From an uncultured Bordetella sp. (lineage in GTDB: Bacteria > Acidobacteriota > Terriglobia > Bryobacterales > Bryobacteraceae), in contig CAZDGT010000123.1 in NCBI GenBank assembly GCA_964504905.1, positions 1 through 32,695 on the forward strand: a stretch of 32,695 nt of DNA. Direction: 5' to 3'. Positions 1-8,140 of this stretch are shown one piece after another (positions within the stretch are counted from its first letter, which is position 1; every line of letters starts with the position of its first letter). The notes beneath the pieces are model-generated. The model saw only the letters and a list, made by a program, of their open reading frames with translations, was not told where the DNA came from and made no database searches. A program made the position numbers and the translations under genes.

Positions 1-15
1 GGCCAAGGAGGACAG

Positions 16-423
16 ATGGTGAACCGCAGGATATTATTGGGCAGTGCCGGAGCGGCTTTTGCCCAGGCTCTGCTTTTGCAAGCGCAGACCCCCGCAGGCG
101 GCAGAAAAGTGGTCTTTGAGCATGAACTGCCGGACGTGAACATCAAGGATTGGTCGGTCACGGCCGTTGAAGTGAGCTATGGTCCCGGGGAGAGTTCGGC
201 AGCGCATCGCCATCCCGGAATCACCGTTGTTTACGTTCTCGAAGGCGAGGTTCGCTCGAAAGTCGGGGACGGCGCGGAGAAAACCTACACGCCGGGGCAG
301 ATGTTTATCGAAACGCCGAACCAATTGCATGCGGTTTCCGGCAACGCCAGCAAGACCAAGCCCGCAAAAATGCTTGCTATATTGTTAGCCGAAAAAGGTA
401 AACAGCTTACTACGCCGGCTTAG
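16..423 (+). CDS. Exported cupin-domain protein
   Basis: 135-aa ORF with AAGGAGG just upstream of the ATG. The N-terminus is signal-like (RRILLGSAGAAFAQALLLQAQ). Cupin-type motifs are present (HRHPG..VVYVLEGE, later a conserved His in QLHAV). Confidence 0.75.
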   Translation: MVNRRILLGSAGAAFAQALLLQAQTPAGGRKVVFEHELPDVNIKDWSVTAVEVSYGPGESSAAHRHPGITVVYVLEGEVRSKVGDGAEKTYTPGQMFIETPNQLHAVSGNASKTKPAKMLAILLAEKGKQLTTPA

Positions 424-428
424 GACGT

Positions 429-1418
429 TTAGAACCCGCCATGCGGGCGGTAACCCGGCCTTGCTTGCACGCGGTACTTCTTGCCGGCATCCGATAGCAC
501 CTCTACAGTAAGCTTGCGGAAGCCCTCATTCGGGTTGTCCTGCGGATAGTAAGTAACCGTATAGGAATTGCCCAAGTCCTCGCGAATGGCCTCGAATGCT
601 TCTACTTGCTTCTGCCAGGTCTTGGCGAAGTAGGACTTGCCGCCGGTTCCCGTAGAGATACGTTTGAACACATTCGAGGACACCGGGTCCTTGGTAACTT
701 CGTTAGTCGAGATGACGTAAATCGGAATACCCTCGTCTTCGGCCACTGCCCGCACATCGTCGGGCGCCACCATGCTGGCGTTATCGGGGCCATTCGAAAA
801 TACGATCACCACTTTGCGCCCCGGCACGCGGGCGGCGTCGCGCAGGGTTAACAGCAGGCAGTTATAGAGGGCTGAATCGTCGCCCGCCACGGCATTCCGC
901 AAGCCGGAAACCGCGTCCATGCGCTCTTTGGTGAGAGAGGCCGCGCGAGTCAAATTACGGCTATAGGTGTAAACGGCCACCGAATCCGCGCGGTCCAGGC
1001 CGCGCACAAAGTCCGCGATCGCGTCCGACGCATATACAAACCCGCGGTACATGTAATTGCTGGTGTCGAAGAGAACGAAAACGTTAGTGCCGATCACGGC
1101 ATCCGGGCGGCCTTCTACTTTGCCCTGTTCGGAAACCTGCATGGGGCGCAGGGAACCGTCGGCCATGACTTCGAGCGGCGGCTTATTTCCTTCGGCGAAA
1201 CTGGAAAGCTTTTGCGGAATGCCATCTTCCAGGATGCGAAAATCCTTGGGTTGAAGTCCATTTATGTAGTGGCCTTTGTTGTCGGTGATGGTGAAGGAAA
1301 GCACCACCAGATCCACTTTGACTCGAAACGTCGGGCGGTCCTGCGCCATCGCCAGCACGACTAACAAGAAGATGAGACCCATTCGCCGAAGCAATTTTCT
1401 ATCCTCCCTAATGCCCAT
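429..1418 (-). CDS. VWA-domain protein with N-terminal membrane anchor (acidobacterial VWFA-related type)
   Basis: The ORF-track ORF is 429..1565. I prefer the internal ATG at 1418 (MGIREDRKLLRRMGLIFLLVVLAMAQ..) because it lies 14 nt after the upstream gene's stop (1433), whereas the longer form overlaps that gene. A hydrophobic anchor is followed by FRVKVDLVVLSFTITDNKG and a MIDAS-like FVLFDTSNYM. As I recall, this resembles the TIGR03436-type family. Confidence 0.75.
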   Translation of the reverse strand: MGIREDRKLLRRMGLIFLLVVLAMAQDRPTFRVKVDLVVLSFTITDNKGHYINGLQPKDFRILEDGIPQKLSSFAEGNKPPLEVMADGSLRPMQVSEQGKVEGRPDAVIGTNVFVLFDTSNYMYRGFVYASDAIADFVRGLDRADSVAVYTYSRNLTRAASLTKERMDAVSGLRNAVAGDDSALYNCLLLTLRDAARVPGRKVVIVFSNGPDNASMVAPDDVRAVAEDEGIPIYVISTNEVTKDPVSSNVFKRISTGTGGKSYFAKTWQKQVEAFEAIREDLGNSYTVTYYPQDNPNEGFRKLTVEVLSDAGKKYRVQARPGYRPHGGF

Positions 1419-1432
1419 TCGTTCTTCGCCTA

Positions 1433-4400
1433 TTAATTTTGTGCGACCAATTGTTTTCGTGCCTTTTGCCGAACGTCTTCTCCCACCAGGCGCAGTGAGC
1501 GCAGCAGAGCGGGCCAATCTTCGAGATGCGTTGCAAAAATCCGTTCCACGGTCTGCTGCGTCCATTCCGGGACTCGCAAATTCAATTCCGCGGGGCGCAT
1601 ATGGACCTCATCCGCCAGCGCTGCATAAAACAACAAGTTGGATTCCCAGCTCTCCGCCAAAATCCGGCTGGAGTAGCCCAGCAGCGTCGGGAAAGTCCGC
1701 AGGTTCAGCAGAGCCGGTTCATAGGACGTGGAAAGCAGAGGCTTGGGAGTGCCGAACGCATGCGATATCGCGCGCGGGCTGAGTTCCTCGGGGGATTCCG
1801 CGGAGATCCTGCGCAACTCATCAGCGAGCGCCGAGTCTCGGTCGCCGGGAGCGAGTTCGCGAGCGAGCAGGTACATCTCTGAGGGCACCACACTCTCGGC
1901 GGCCCGTCGAACCTCGCCGGCATCAAGCAGGCGTTCAATCTTCTTCAGACGAGACGGAGGCACATAGGGCTCCAGCACCCCCACCACACGACGCCGTTCG
2001 CCCTCATTCAGCGCCGATCGCGCCAGGGTGGATTCGGCATAAGCCATGTTCAACCCTACCCAGTGCAACTGCGTTGGCGTTACGTTCCACCAGCGCGGGA
2101 CTACTGCGCTCAGAATCATCTGCGGGACCAGGTCGCCCCAGATGAGAGCTTGCTCCCGGGAAGGAATCAGGAAGTTCTGCTCGGCTTCCGCGAGTGCATA
2201 GGGCAAAGAGATCAGCGATCCCACCAGCCGGCCTCCGGCGTTGGCGGGCCAACCGCTGCCCACCACTTCCGTGGTGAGCCAGGTGCGTTGATGGTCGGGA
2301 TTGCCGTAGAAATCATGACTGCGCACAAATGCCGGGTTGGTGAAAAGAACCTGTGCGCCCGGGGGAGCGTAATGCACGTAGTTCAGCCCCACCAGCGTGT
2401 CGCGCAAGACCGGCGCCAGGGAGCCCCTAACGTCGCGCAGTTTCTGCGGATCTGCGCCGGCCTTGTCGATTGCGGACCGCAGATTCATTTTGCGCTCGCT
2501 CTCAATGTGCCGGTCCGTCCAGTACCCCACCGACATCTCGGTGCGCTCCCGCGAGGAAAGCGCAGTGCGCGGCAACTGAATTTCGGTGATTCGCCCCGCC
2601 AGCCGCACCGCCGTGGCGCTATCCAGCTTCTGGCCCGCAGCCGCGGCTTCCAGGCGATCTGCCAGCGTAAAGATAGTGTCGAGCGAAACCAGCCTTTGCG
2701 CCTCGAACACTCGCGTCATGTCCTGGATCATCTGCGTATGAGCATCCGACAGTGCGCCCAAACCGGCTGCCTTGGTGCCGGCCAGAAGATCCATCATGTG
2801 ATCCTGCGCCGACCCTGAAGCGGGAGCGTGCGCCAGTTCCAGTAACTTGGCCACACCCTTCTGCCCGGCGTCGAACACATCGCGCTGGTTCTGAACCTTG
2901 GCGAACCCTTGCAAGAGCGAACTCAGGGCCACGTCCGCATTCGCGGGTTCGATACTCCGCTGGCGGACGAACACTTGCCAAAATCCAGCCAGAGCTTGCA
3001 CCATGCCGGCGGCGTCGGCGCGCAGAGGTACATCTCGAATTTGCGTGATTCCGTGAGCCACGTCCAAGTAGGCAAGAATCGTGGCGTCGGAGATCGCTGG
3101 CGCCTCCGCAAACAACGGATACTGCGCGCCCAGGGCGCGGTAATCCCGCACCAGAAGGTCCACGGTGTTGGTTTCCAGGGGCTTCAGGCGGTTACGTTCG
3201 ATGTCGGTTAGCGCCATAAAAATTTTCAGCGCTTCGTTTTCCACCAGCTTGCGGGATAGCGCGAACAGCGCCTCCACTACTTCCTCGGAATCCTTCCACC
3301 CAGGAGCCGCTTTGGCAAGGCGTTGATCGAATTTTGCTGATGCCTTTCCGGAGAACAGATTTTTCCACACGTCCAAGCCGCCCGGCAGGTGCGGCTTGCC
3401 GTCCGCATCCATGCGCAGCCGCGTCGTGAGCAGGACCAAATCCGCATTGGCCCGGAAGACCGGACGCGCGGGGCCGGGGCTTGTTACGCGTCCGCGCATT
3501 GCCAGGTAGAACCGTTTTAGGCGTTCCGGCTCCGTTAAATAAGTCTGCACGGGACCATTGATGCGTGCGAGTGAATCGTAATAGGAGGCCAGCCATCCGT
3601 CGTCCTTCTCCACCAGCCGCTCGAAAAACGCCGCACCCTTGTCAGGAGCTACTCCCACCAGCTCCGTCCACATCTTTTCGGAGCGTGCGCCTCCGGGAAC
3701 GATCGCCTTCCCGTCGCGCAATTGGAACATCGAGCCGAAGAAGTCCAGCACGTGCGCGTAAATTTTGGCCCGCGCCGCCGTTTGGTCTTTGTGAAGCTGC
3801 TCCGCCGTATCCGGGTCAAGAGCCGCCACGGCCGAATATAACCGGCAGAGGGACGGATCGTTCAGAAAGTAGTCGATAAACTCCACCGGTTTCTGGCCCG
3901 GACCCACTGGCTGCCAGTATTCGGATCCAAAAAGGATGGGGATGCGGACCGGATGATAATCCAGCGTGAACGGCCGGTTGGTGCGCAACGCTGCTTCCAG
4001 GTCCGACAGTGGGAATCCTGAGTCAATGGTCAGAAACGCCTTTGAGGGATTTACTGTTTCGAGTGCCAGATCGGAGCCGCAGCCGCCGCGCATGCGGTAG
4101 CCGAGGATGCGCAGCAAGTCCCCCGTGATTGTGGACTCGCAGGTTTCCACTTTGAGAATTTTTTCGGGGCCGGCCAGCTTTTCTATTTCACGCGCTTGCG
4201 CCAGGTAGCGGATCACCAGCTTCAGATATTCGGTAGGCTCCAGCGAATCGCTGGCGTGCGAAGCCGCGTATCCGCTCAACGTAACATTGTGCGCGAGCGA
4301 CGCCATCACGTCGGTGGGCGCGATGTCGGGAGAGATAGCAGCCATGCGGGCGAAGGAACGCAGAGGACCGGGAATTTCGACGAAACTGAGGGGCGGCGCA

Positions 4401-4813
4401 GCGGATGCAGGAGGCAGACGCAGCCCGCTTCCGCCGGCGGACCGGAACCCTTGCAGATGGGTTTCCGCGCCGGCACGATCGCCGGCCACTAAATCCAGCT
4501 CGGCCAGACGACGTGCCGCCTTGGCCCGTTCGCTCGCGCTGGCTCCATTGCGGCTCAGGAGCTGCCACAATTTTTCATAGGCGCCGCGCGCAGCGGGATC
4601 GCGGTGGTACGCCAGAAATTCCGCGTACGCTTGCAGAGCGAGAGGATCGTTGGGGGATGCGTCCGCGGCTCTTTGCAGTTGGCTGCGAGCCTCCGCTCCA
4701 TCGCCCTTGGCTTCCAGCTTCCAGGCTTCGCCCGTTAGGTTCTGGGCTGCCAGGTGGACAGAAAATCCCATCACTGCCACGCTACAGGTGGCCACTGCCT
4801 TAAAAAGCCGCAT
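1433..4813 (-). CDS. Large exported protein of unknown function with N-terminal TPR-like region
   Basis: Uninterrupted ORF of 1126-1138 aa. The likely start is ATG at 4813 (MRLFKAVATCSVAVMGFSVHLAAQ, signal-like); 4849 is an alternative. About 100 aa of helical-repeat/TPR-like sequence is followed by about 1000 aa of mostly helical sequence with no motif I recognise. Confidence 0.7.
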   Translation of the reverse strand: MRLFKAVATCSVAVMGFSVHLAAQNLTGEAWKLEAKGDGAEARSQLQRAADASPNDPLALQAYAEFLAYHRDPAARGAYEKLWQLLSRNGASASERAKAARRLAELDLVAGDRAGAETHLQGFRSAGGSGLRLPPASAAPPLSFVEIPGPLRSFARMAAISPDIAPTDVMASLAHNVTLSGYAASHASDSLEPTEYLKLVIRYLAQAREIEKLAGPEKILKVETCESTITGDLLRILGYRMRGGCGSDLALETVNPSKAFLTIDSGFPLSDLEAALRTNRPFTLDYHPVRIPILFGSEYWQPVGPGQKPVEFIDYFLNDPSLCRLYSAVAALDPDTAEQLHKDQTAARAKIYAHVLDFFGSMFQLRDGKAIVPGGARSEKMWTELVGVAPDKGAAFFERLVEKDDGWLASYYDSLARINGPVQTYLTEPERLKRFYLAMRGRVTSPGPARPVFRANADLVLLTTRLRMDADGKPHLPGGLDVWKNLFSGKASAKFDQRLAKAAPGWKDSEEVVEALFALSRKLVENEALKIFMALTDIERNRLKPLETNTVDLLVRDYRALGAQYPLFAEAPAISDATILAYLDVAHGITQIRDVPLRADAAGMVQALAGFWQVFVRQRSIEPANADVALSSLLQGFAKVQNQRDVFDAGQKGVAKLLELAHAPASGSAQDHMMDLLAGTKAAGLGALSDAHTQMIQDMTRVFEAQRLVSLDTIFTLADRLEAAAAGQKLDSATAVRLAGRITEIQLPRTALSSRERTEMSVGYWTDRHIESERKMNLRSAIDKAGADPQKLRDVRGSLAPVLRDTLVGLNYVHYAPPGAQVLFTNPAFVRSHDFYGNPDHQRTWLTTEVVGSGWPANAGGRLVGSLISLPYALAEAEQNFLIPSREQALIWGDLVPQMILSAVVPRWWNVTPTQLHWVGLNMAYAESTLARSALNEGERRRVVGVLEPYVPPSRLKKIERLLDAGEVRRAAESVVPSEMYLLARELAPGDRDSALADELRRISAESPEELSPRAISHAFGTPKPLLSTSYEPALLNLRTFPTLLGYSSRILAESWESNLLFYAALADEVHMRPAELNLRVPEWTQQTVERIFATHLEDWPALLRSLRLVGEDVRQKARKQLVAQN

Positions 4814-5009
4814 CGCGCGTCTCCCTCGTCGGCTGTGCGTTCCGTGCAAGCAGCAGGGCCCACCCAGGTTCCCTTGACGCCACCAGCGGCACGCTATCTG
4901 TGGTCACTAATGTATCACTCCGTTGAGCTTTTTGGGGAACCTGCGACAAGCCTGCAGGAAGGTCCCGGTTCCGCCACCTGTTAGAGTAGTAATCAGGACG
5001 ATTCATTAC

Positions 5010-5405
5010 ATGATCGTTCGCATTCAACTCCGGCAGGGCCAAGCGTTGCGAAAAGCGCGGGGCAAAAACCGCCGCCTGGCTCTGGCCTGCGGCGCATTGC
5101 TGATCCCTGTGTCTCTCATGGCCTACGTGCTGGGTTTCTGGCGCCTTAGCTCGGATATTGGAGTGACGAAGGAATTCGCCATTCAGGGCCTGTTCTCGCA
5201 CTGGCAAATCTGGATCGTGATCGCCGTAACCTTGCACGTGGCCGCCTCCGTGCTTACCCGCTATGGCCGTCGCGGAACGTTTCGCTGGCCGCGGGCCTTG
5301 TACTTCCGCTTCGGCGCGGGGCCTGCGCTAGCCCCCGATCCCGCGCCCCGGGACGCGGAGACCGCGAAGACCGCGAAGACTTCTTCACCGCTCGCACGCC
5401 AGTGA
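5010..5405 (+). CDS. Possible small two-TM membrane protein (hypothetical)
   Basis: I chose the internal ATG at 5010 within ORF 4923..5405. There are two hydrophobic segments (LALACGALLIPVSLMAYVLGFW, WQIWIVIAVTLHVAASVL). The 3' 152 nt overlap the convergent pseudouridine synthase ORF, so the true end, and the gene's reality, are uncertain. Confidence 0.3.
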   Translation: MIVRIQLRQGQALRKARGKNRRLALACGALLIPVSLMAYVLGFWRLSSDIGVTKEFAIQGLFSHWQIWIVIAVTLHVAASVLTRYGRRGTFRWPRALYFRFGAGPALAPDPAPRDAETAKTAKTSSPLARQ

Positions 5406-6123
5406 GCGCCAGTACTTCGTCCTCTGTCAGCGCCCGGTATTTCCCGATCTCGAGCGGTCCTATTTCGATTCCGCCGATTCCAGTGCGGACCAGCTTCAGT
5501 ACTTTCGCCCCCAGCGCTTCTACCATGCGGCGCACTTGACGATTGCGCCCTTCGGTGATGGTGATCTCGAAAAACGTATACTTCGCGCCATCGCGAATGC
5601 GGTTCACAATAGCAGGCCGCGTAGGACCGTCCACCAGCGTGATGCCTTGCCGCAAAAGATCCAGTTGGCCGTCGTCAAGCAGAGTCGAGGCCTTCACCAG
5701 ATAGGTTTTCGGAACTTTGGATTCCGGGCTGGTGATGTGGTCGCCGAAAGCCGAGTCGTTGGTGAGGATCAGCAATCCCGTGGTGTCTTGATCCAGGCGG
5801 CCTACGGGAAACATGAAATCTTTCACGCTACTAAGCAGATCGTAGACCGTCGGCCGGCCCTCCGGATCCTTATAAGTAGTGAGGTAACCCTTGGGTTTGT
5901 AGAGCAGCAGGTATTGCTTCTGGCGAGCTGTCAGCGCGTGGCCGTCTAGCGCGACGCGGTCATGCTCCGGGTCCACCCAGAAATCTGGAGTCTGCACTTT
6001 CTGGCCGTTGACGGTGACACGTCCGGCGCCTATCCAACTGCGCGCCTCCGTCCGTGACCCCACGCCAAATTTCGACAGGACCCGGTCGAGCGTTCTCTTC
6101 TGGTTGTCTTTAGGAGCGTGCAC
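5254..6123 (-). CDS. RsuA/RluB-family pseudouridine synthase with S4 domain and basic C-terminal tail
   Basis: GTG start. N-terminal S4 motif (LDRVLSKFGVGSRTEARSWIGAGRVTVNG), catalytic-region motif GRLDQDTTGLLILTND, and an Arg/Ser-rich tail. Confidence 0.85.
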   Translation of the reverse strand: MHAPKDNQKRTLDRVLSKFGVGSRTEARSWIGAGRVTVNGQKVQTPDFWVDPEHDRVALDGHALTARQKQYLLLYKPKGYLTTYKDPEGRPTVYDLLSSVKDFMFPVGRLDQDTTGLLILTNDSAFGDHITSPESKVPKTYLVKASTLLDDGQLDLLRQGITLVDGPTRPAIVNRIRDGAKYTFFEITITEGRNRQVRRMVEALGAKVLKLVRTGIGGIEIGPLEIGKYRALTEDEVLALTGVRAVKKSSRSSRSPRPGARDRGLAQAPRRSGSTRPAASETFRDGHSG

Positions 6124-6128
6124 TCTTT

Positions 6129-7016
6129 ATGATCCCAGTAATGATCGAATGCGTGCCTAATTTTTCCGAGGGGCGAAACCCGCACATCATTGCGGCCATC
6201 GCCCGAGTCATCGGCCATGTGAATGGTATTGCGGTGTTGGGCTTCGAGTCGGACGCCGATCACCATCGCAGCGTCATCACCTTCGCGGGCGATCCCGAAA
6301 GCGTCTTGGAAGCGGCCATTCGCGCCGCCGGCAAAGCCGCCGAGCTGATCGATCTGCGCCAGCACTCGGGCGTACATCCGCGCGCGGGCGCGGCCGACGT
6401 GGTTCCTTTCGTGCCGCTCGCTGGCTCAACGATTGAGGAATGTGTGGCCCTCGCCCATCGTGCCGGCGCAGAAATCTGGCGGCGATTCCACGTGCCGGTG
6501 TATTTCTATGAAGCTGCGGCGATGTTCCCGGACCGCCAGCGCCTCGAACGTGTCCGGAGGCCAGGATTCGATGGGCGGCCCCCTGATGTTGGCGATATTG
6601 CCGAACACCCTACCGCAGGAGCAGTGATGGTGGGTGCGCGGCGATTCTTGATCGCGTACAACATTAACCTGGCCACTTCCAATGTTGACATCGCTAAACA
6701 GATTGCCGCGAAGGTTCGCGAATCCTCGGGCGGATTCCACTACGTAAAGGCCATGGGCCTGCACTTACACACGCACGGCCTTGCGCAGGTCTCGATGAAC
6801 CTGACCAATTTCGCGGCGATTCCTTTGGACGCGTTGTATGCCGCGGTCGAAGTAGAAGCCGCCCGGCTGGGCACCAGCATCGCCGAGAGTGAGCTAATTG
6901 GGTTCATTCCGCGCGCTGCTTTTGAGCAATCGCCCGCGTTCTTCCGCCGCACTCGCGGCTTCGACGACTCGCGGATTATCGAGTCCAGAATCGACCGCTT
7001 GCTACAATCGGATTAA
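6129..7016 (+). CDS. ftcD: Glutamate formimidoyltransferase (FtcD N-terminal type, stand-alone)
   Basis: Hallmark N-terminus IECVPNFSEGRN and a length near 295 aa. The start could be the ATG at 6141 instead. Confidence 0.8.
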   Translation: MIPVMIECVPNFSEGRNPHIIAAIARVIGHVNGIAVLGFESDADHHRSVITFAGDPESVLEAAIRAAGKAAELIDLRQHSGVHPRAGAADVVPFVPLAGSTIEECVALAHRAGAEIWRRFHVPVYFYEAAAMFPDRQRLERVRRPGFDGRPPDVGDIAEHPTAGAVMVGARRFLIAYNINLATSNVDIAKQIAAKVRESSGGFHYVKAMGLHLHTHGLAQVSMNLTNFAAIPLDALYAAVEVEAARLGTSIAESELIGFIPRAAFEQSPAFFRRTRGFDDSRIIESRIDRLLQSD

Positions 7017-7891
7017 TGCTGGTCAGCATCGATCCCAAACCCCGTGCACCGCGTCCGGCTTGGCTGCGCGCGCCCGCGCCCGTCGGCGAAAATTATCACA
7101 ACCTGAAAAAGCTAGTGCAGAAGCTCGACCTGCACACCGTATGCGAAAGCGCCGCCTGCCCTAACATTGGCGATTGCTGGAACCGCCGCACCGCTACTTT
7201 CATGATCCTGGGCAACGTGTGCACACGCCGCTGCGGATTCTGCGCGGTGCAAAAGGGCGGTCCGCTTCCTGTCGATTACGACGAGCCGCGCCGCGTGGCC
7301 GAAGCCTGCGCCGCCCTGGGGCTCAAATTCGCCGTCATCACCAGCGTCAACCGCGACGACCGTAAGGATGGCGGAGCCGAGCTCTTCGCGCTCACCATCA
7401 AGGCCATCCGCGCTCGCCTGCCCGAATGCGGGATCGAAGTGTTGACGCCAGATTTCCAGGGTTCGCACGCCGCCATGGACCTGGTGCTCGAAGCCTCGCC
7501 CGACGTGCTGAATCACAATACCGAGACGGTGCCGCGGCTGTATCGACAGGTGCGCCTGGGCGCGCGCTACGAACGCTCGCTCGACATGCTGGCTTACGTG
7601 AAGCAACAGCGCCCCGAGATTCCCGCGAAGTCCGGTTTAATGCTGGGCCTGGGCGAGACGCTGGAGGAAGTGCATCAGGTGATGCGCGACCTGCGCCAGA
7701 GCAACGTCGACATTCTCACGCTGGGCCAATATCTGCGTCCTTCGCTCAAGCACCTGCCTATCATTCGCTACGTGAGCGTCGAAGAGTTCGCCGACCTCAA
7801 GCGTCTGGGCTACGAGATGGGCTTCAAGCACGTCGAAAGCGGCCCGCTGGTCCGCAGCTCTTTCCACGCGGAAGAAGCGGTGGCGGGGTAG
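7016..7891 (+). CDS. lipA: Lipoyl synthase
   Basis: Auxiliary cluster motif CESAACPNIGDCW and radical-SAM motif CTRRCGFCAV. The start overlaps the ftcD stop (TAATG). Confidence 0.95.
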   Translation: MLVSIDPKPRAPRPAWLRAPAPVGENYHNLKKLVQKLDLHTVCESAACPNIGDCWNRRTATFMILGNVCTRRCGFCAVQKGGPLPVDYDEPRRVAEACAALGLKFAVITSVNRDDRKDGGAELFALTIKAIRARLPECGIEVLTPDFQGSHAAMDLVLEASPDVLNHNTETVPRLYRQVRLGARYERSLDMLAYVKQQRPEIPAKSGLMLGLGETLEEVHQVMRDLRQSNVDILTLGQYLRPSLKHLPIIRYVSVEEFADLKRLGYEMGFKHVESGPLVRSSFHAEEAVAG

Positions 7892-7913
7892 TTACAGAAG
7901 TTGCGCGAACTCG

Positions 7914-8090
7914 TCAATGGTGATCTTTGCGCAAACTTTCGATGTATCCGCGGATGGCGTCTTCCCCCATAGCGCGAGCCTCTTCGATGGTATCGCCTTC
8001 GGTCACTAGGCCTGGAAGGGCCGGGCAGGTCACCACGAAGCCGCCTTCTTCAGCCGGCTCGAATAGAACGGTGTATCTATACTCCTGCAT
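7914..8090 (-). CDS. hicB: HicB-family (UPF0150-like) antitoxin, 58 aa
   Basis: Not in the ORF track because it is under 60 aa. My translation of the minus strand is MQEYRYTVLFEPAEEGGFVVTCPALPGLVTEGDTIEEARAMGEDAIRGYIESLRKDHH*. This matches the short HicB pattern (..Y.v.ie.deeGgfva.cP.LPGc.sqG.T.EEA..n..eAI.gyleslkk). AGAGGA lies 9 nt upstream, and there is an in-frame stop upstream at 8106-8108. Confidence 0.8.
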   Translation of the reverse strand: MQEYRYTVLFEPAEEGGFVVTCPALPGLVTEGDTIEEARAMGEDAIRGYIESLRKDHH

Positions 8091-8098
8091 GGTAGCGG

Positions 8099-8140
8099 GT
8101 CCTCTTCAATGATACGCCGTAATTCACGAATTTCAGTCAT
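8099..8140 (-). pseudogene. Possible N-terminal remnant of a hicA toxin gene
   Basis: The minus-strand ATG at 8140 opens MTEIRELRRIIEED. This resembles the first helix of HicA/YcfA toxins (pattern ..sELIKLLEkNGW / kVReVIklLEeDGW). The similarity stops there. The frame then runs out of phase into hicB and ends at 8030. Confidence 0.25.

Noticed and set aside
1419-1565. N-terminal extension of the VWA ORF (MDAADRGTDF...)
   Set aside because: It would overlap the 3' end of the upstream 1126-aa gene by 133 nt, and it precedes the obvious membrane anchor. The ATG at 1418 fits operon spacing.
5361-5378. Tandem 9-mer accgcgaag x2
   Set aside because: With only two copies inside the coding sequence, it is too short to call a repeat element. 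It is mentioned under the overlap finding only.
7927-8112. 61-aa plus-strand ORF listed in the ORF track
   Set aside because: It is antisense to the much better supported 58-aa hicB reading frame (7914-8090), and its sequence is Ser/Pro/Arg-rich with no family resemblance.
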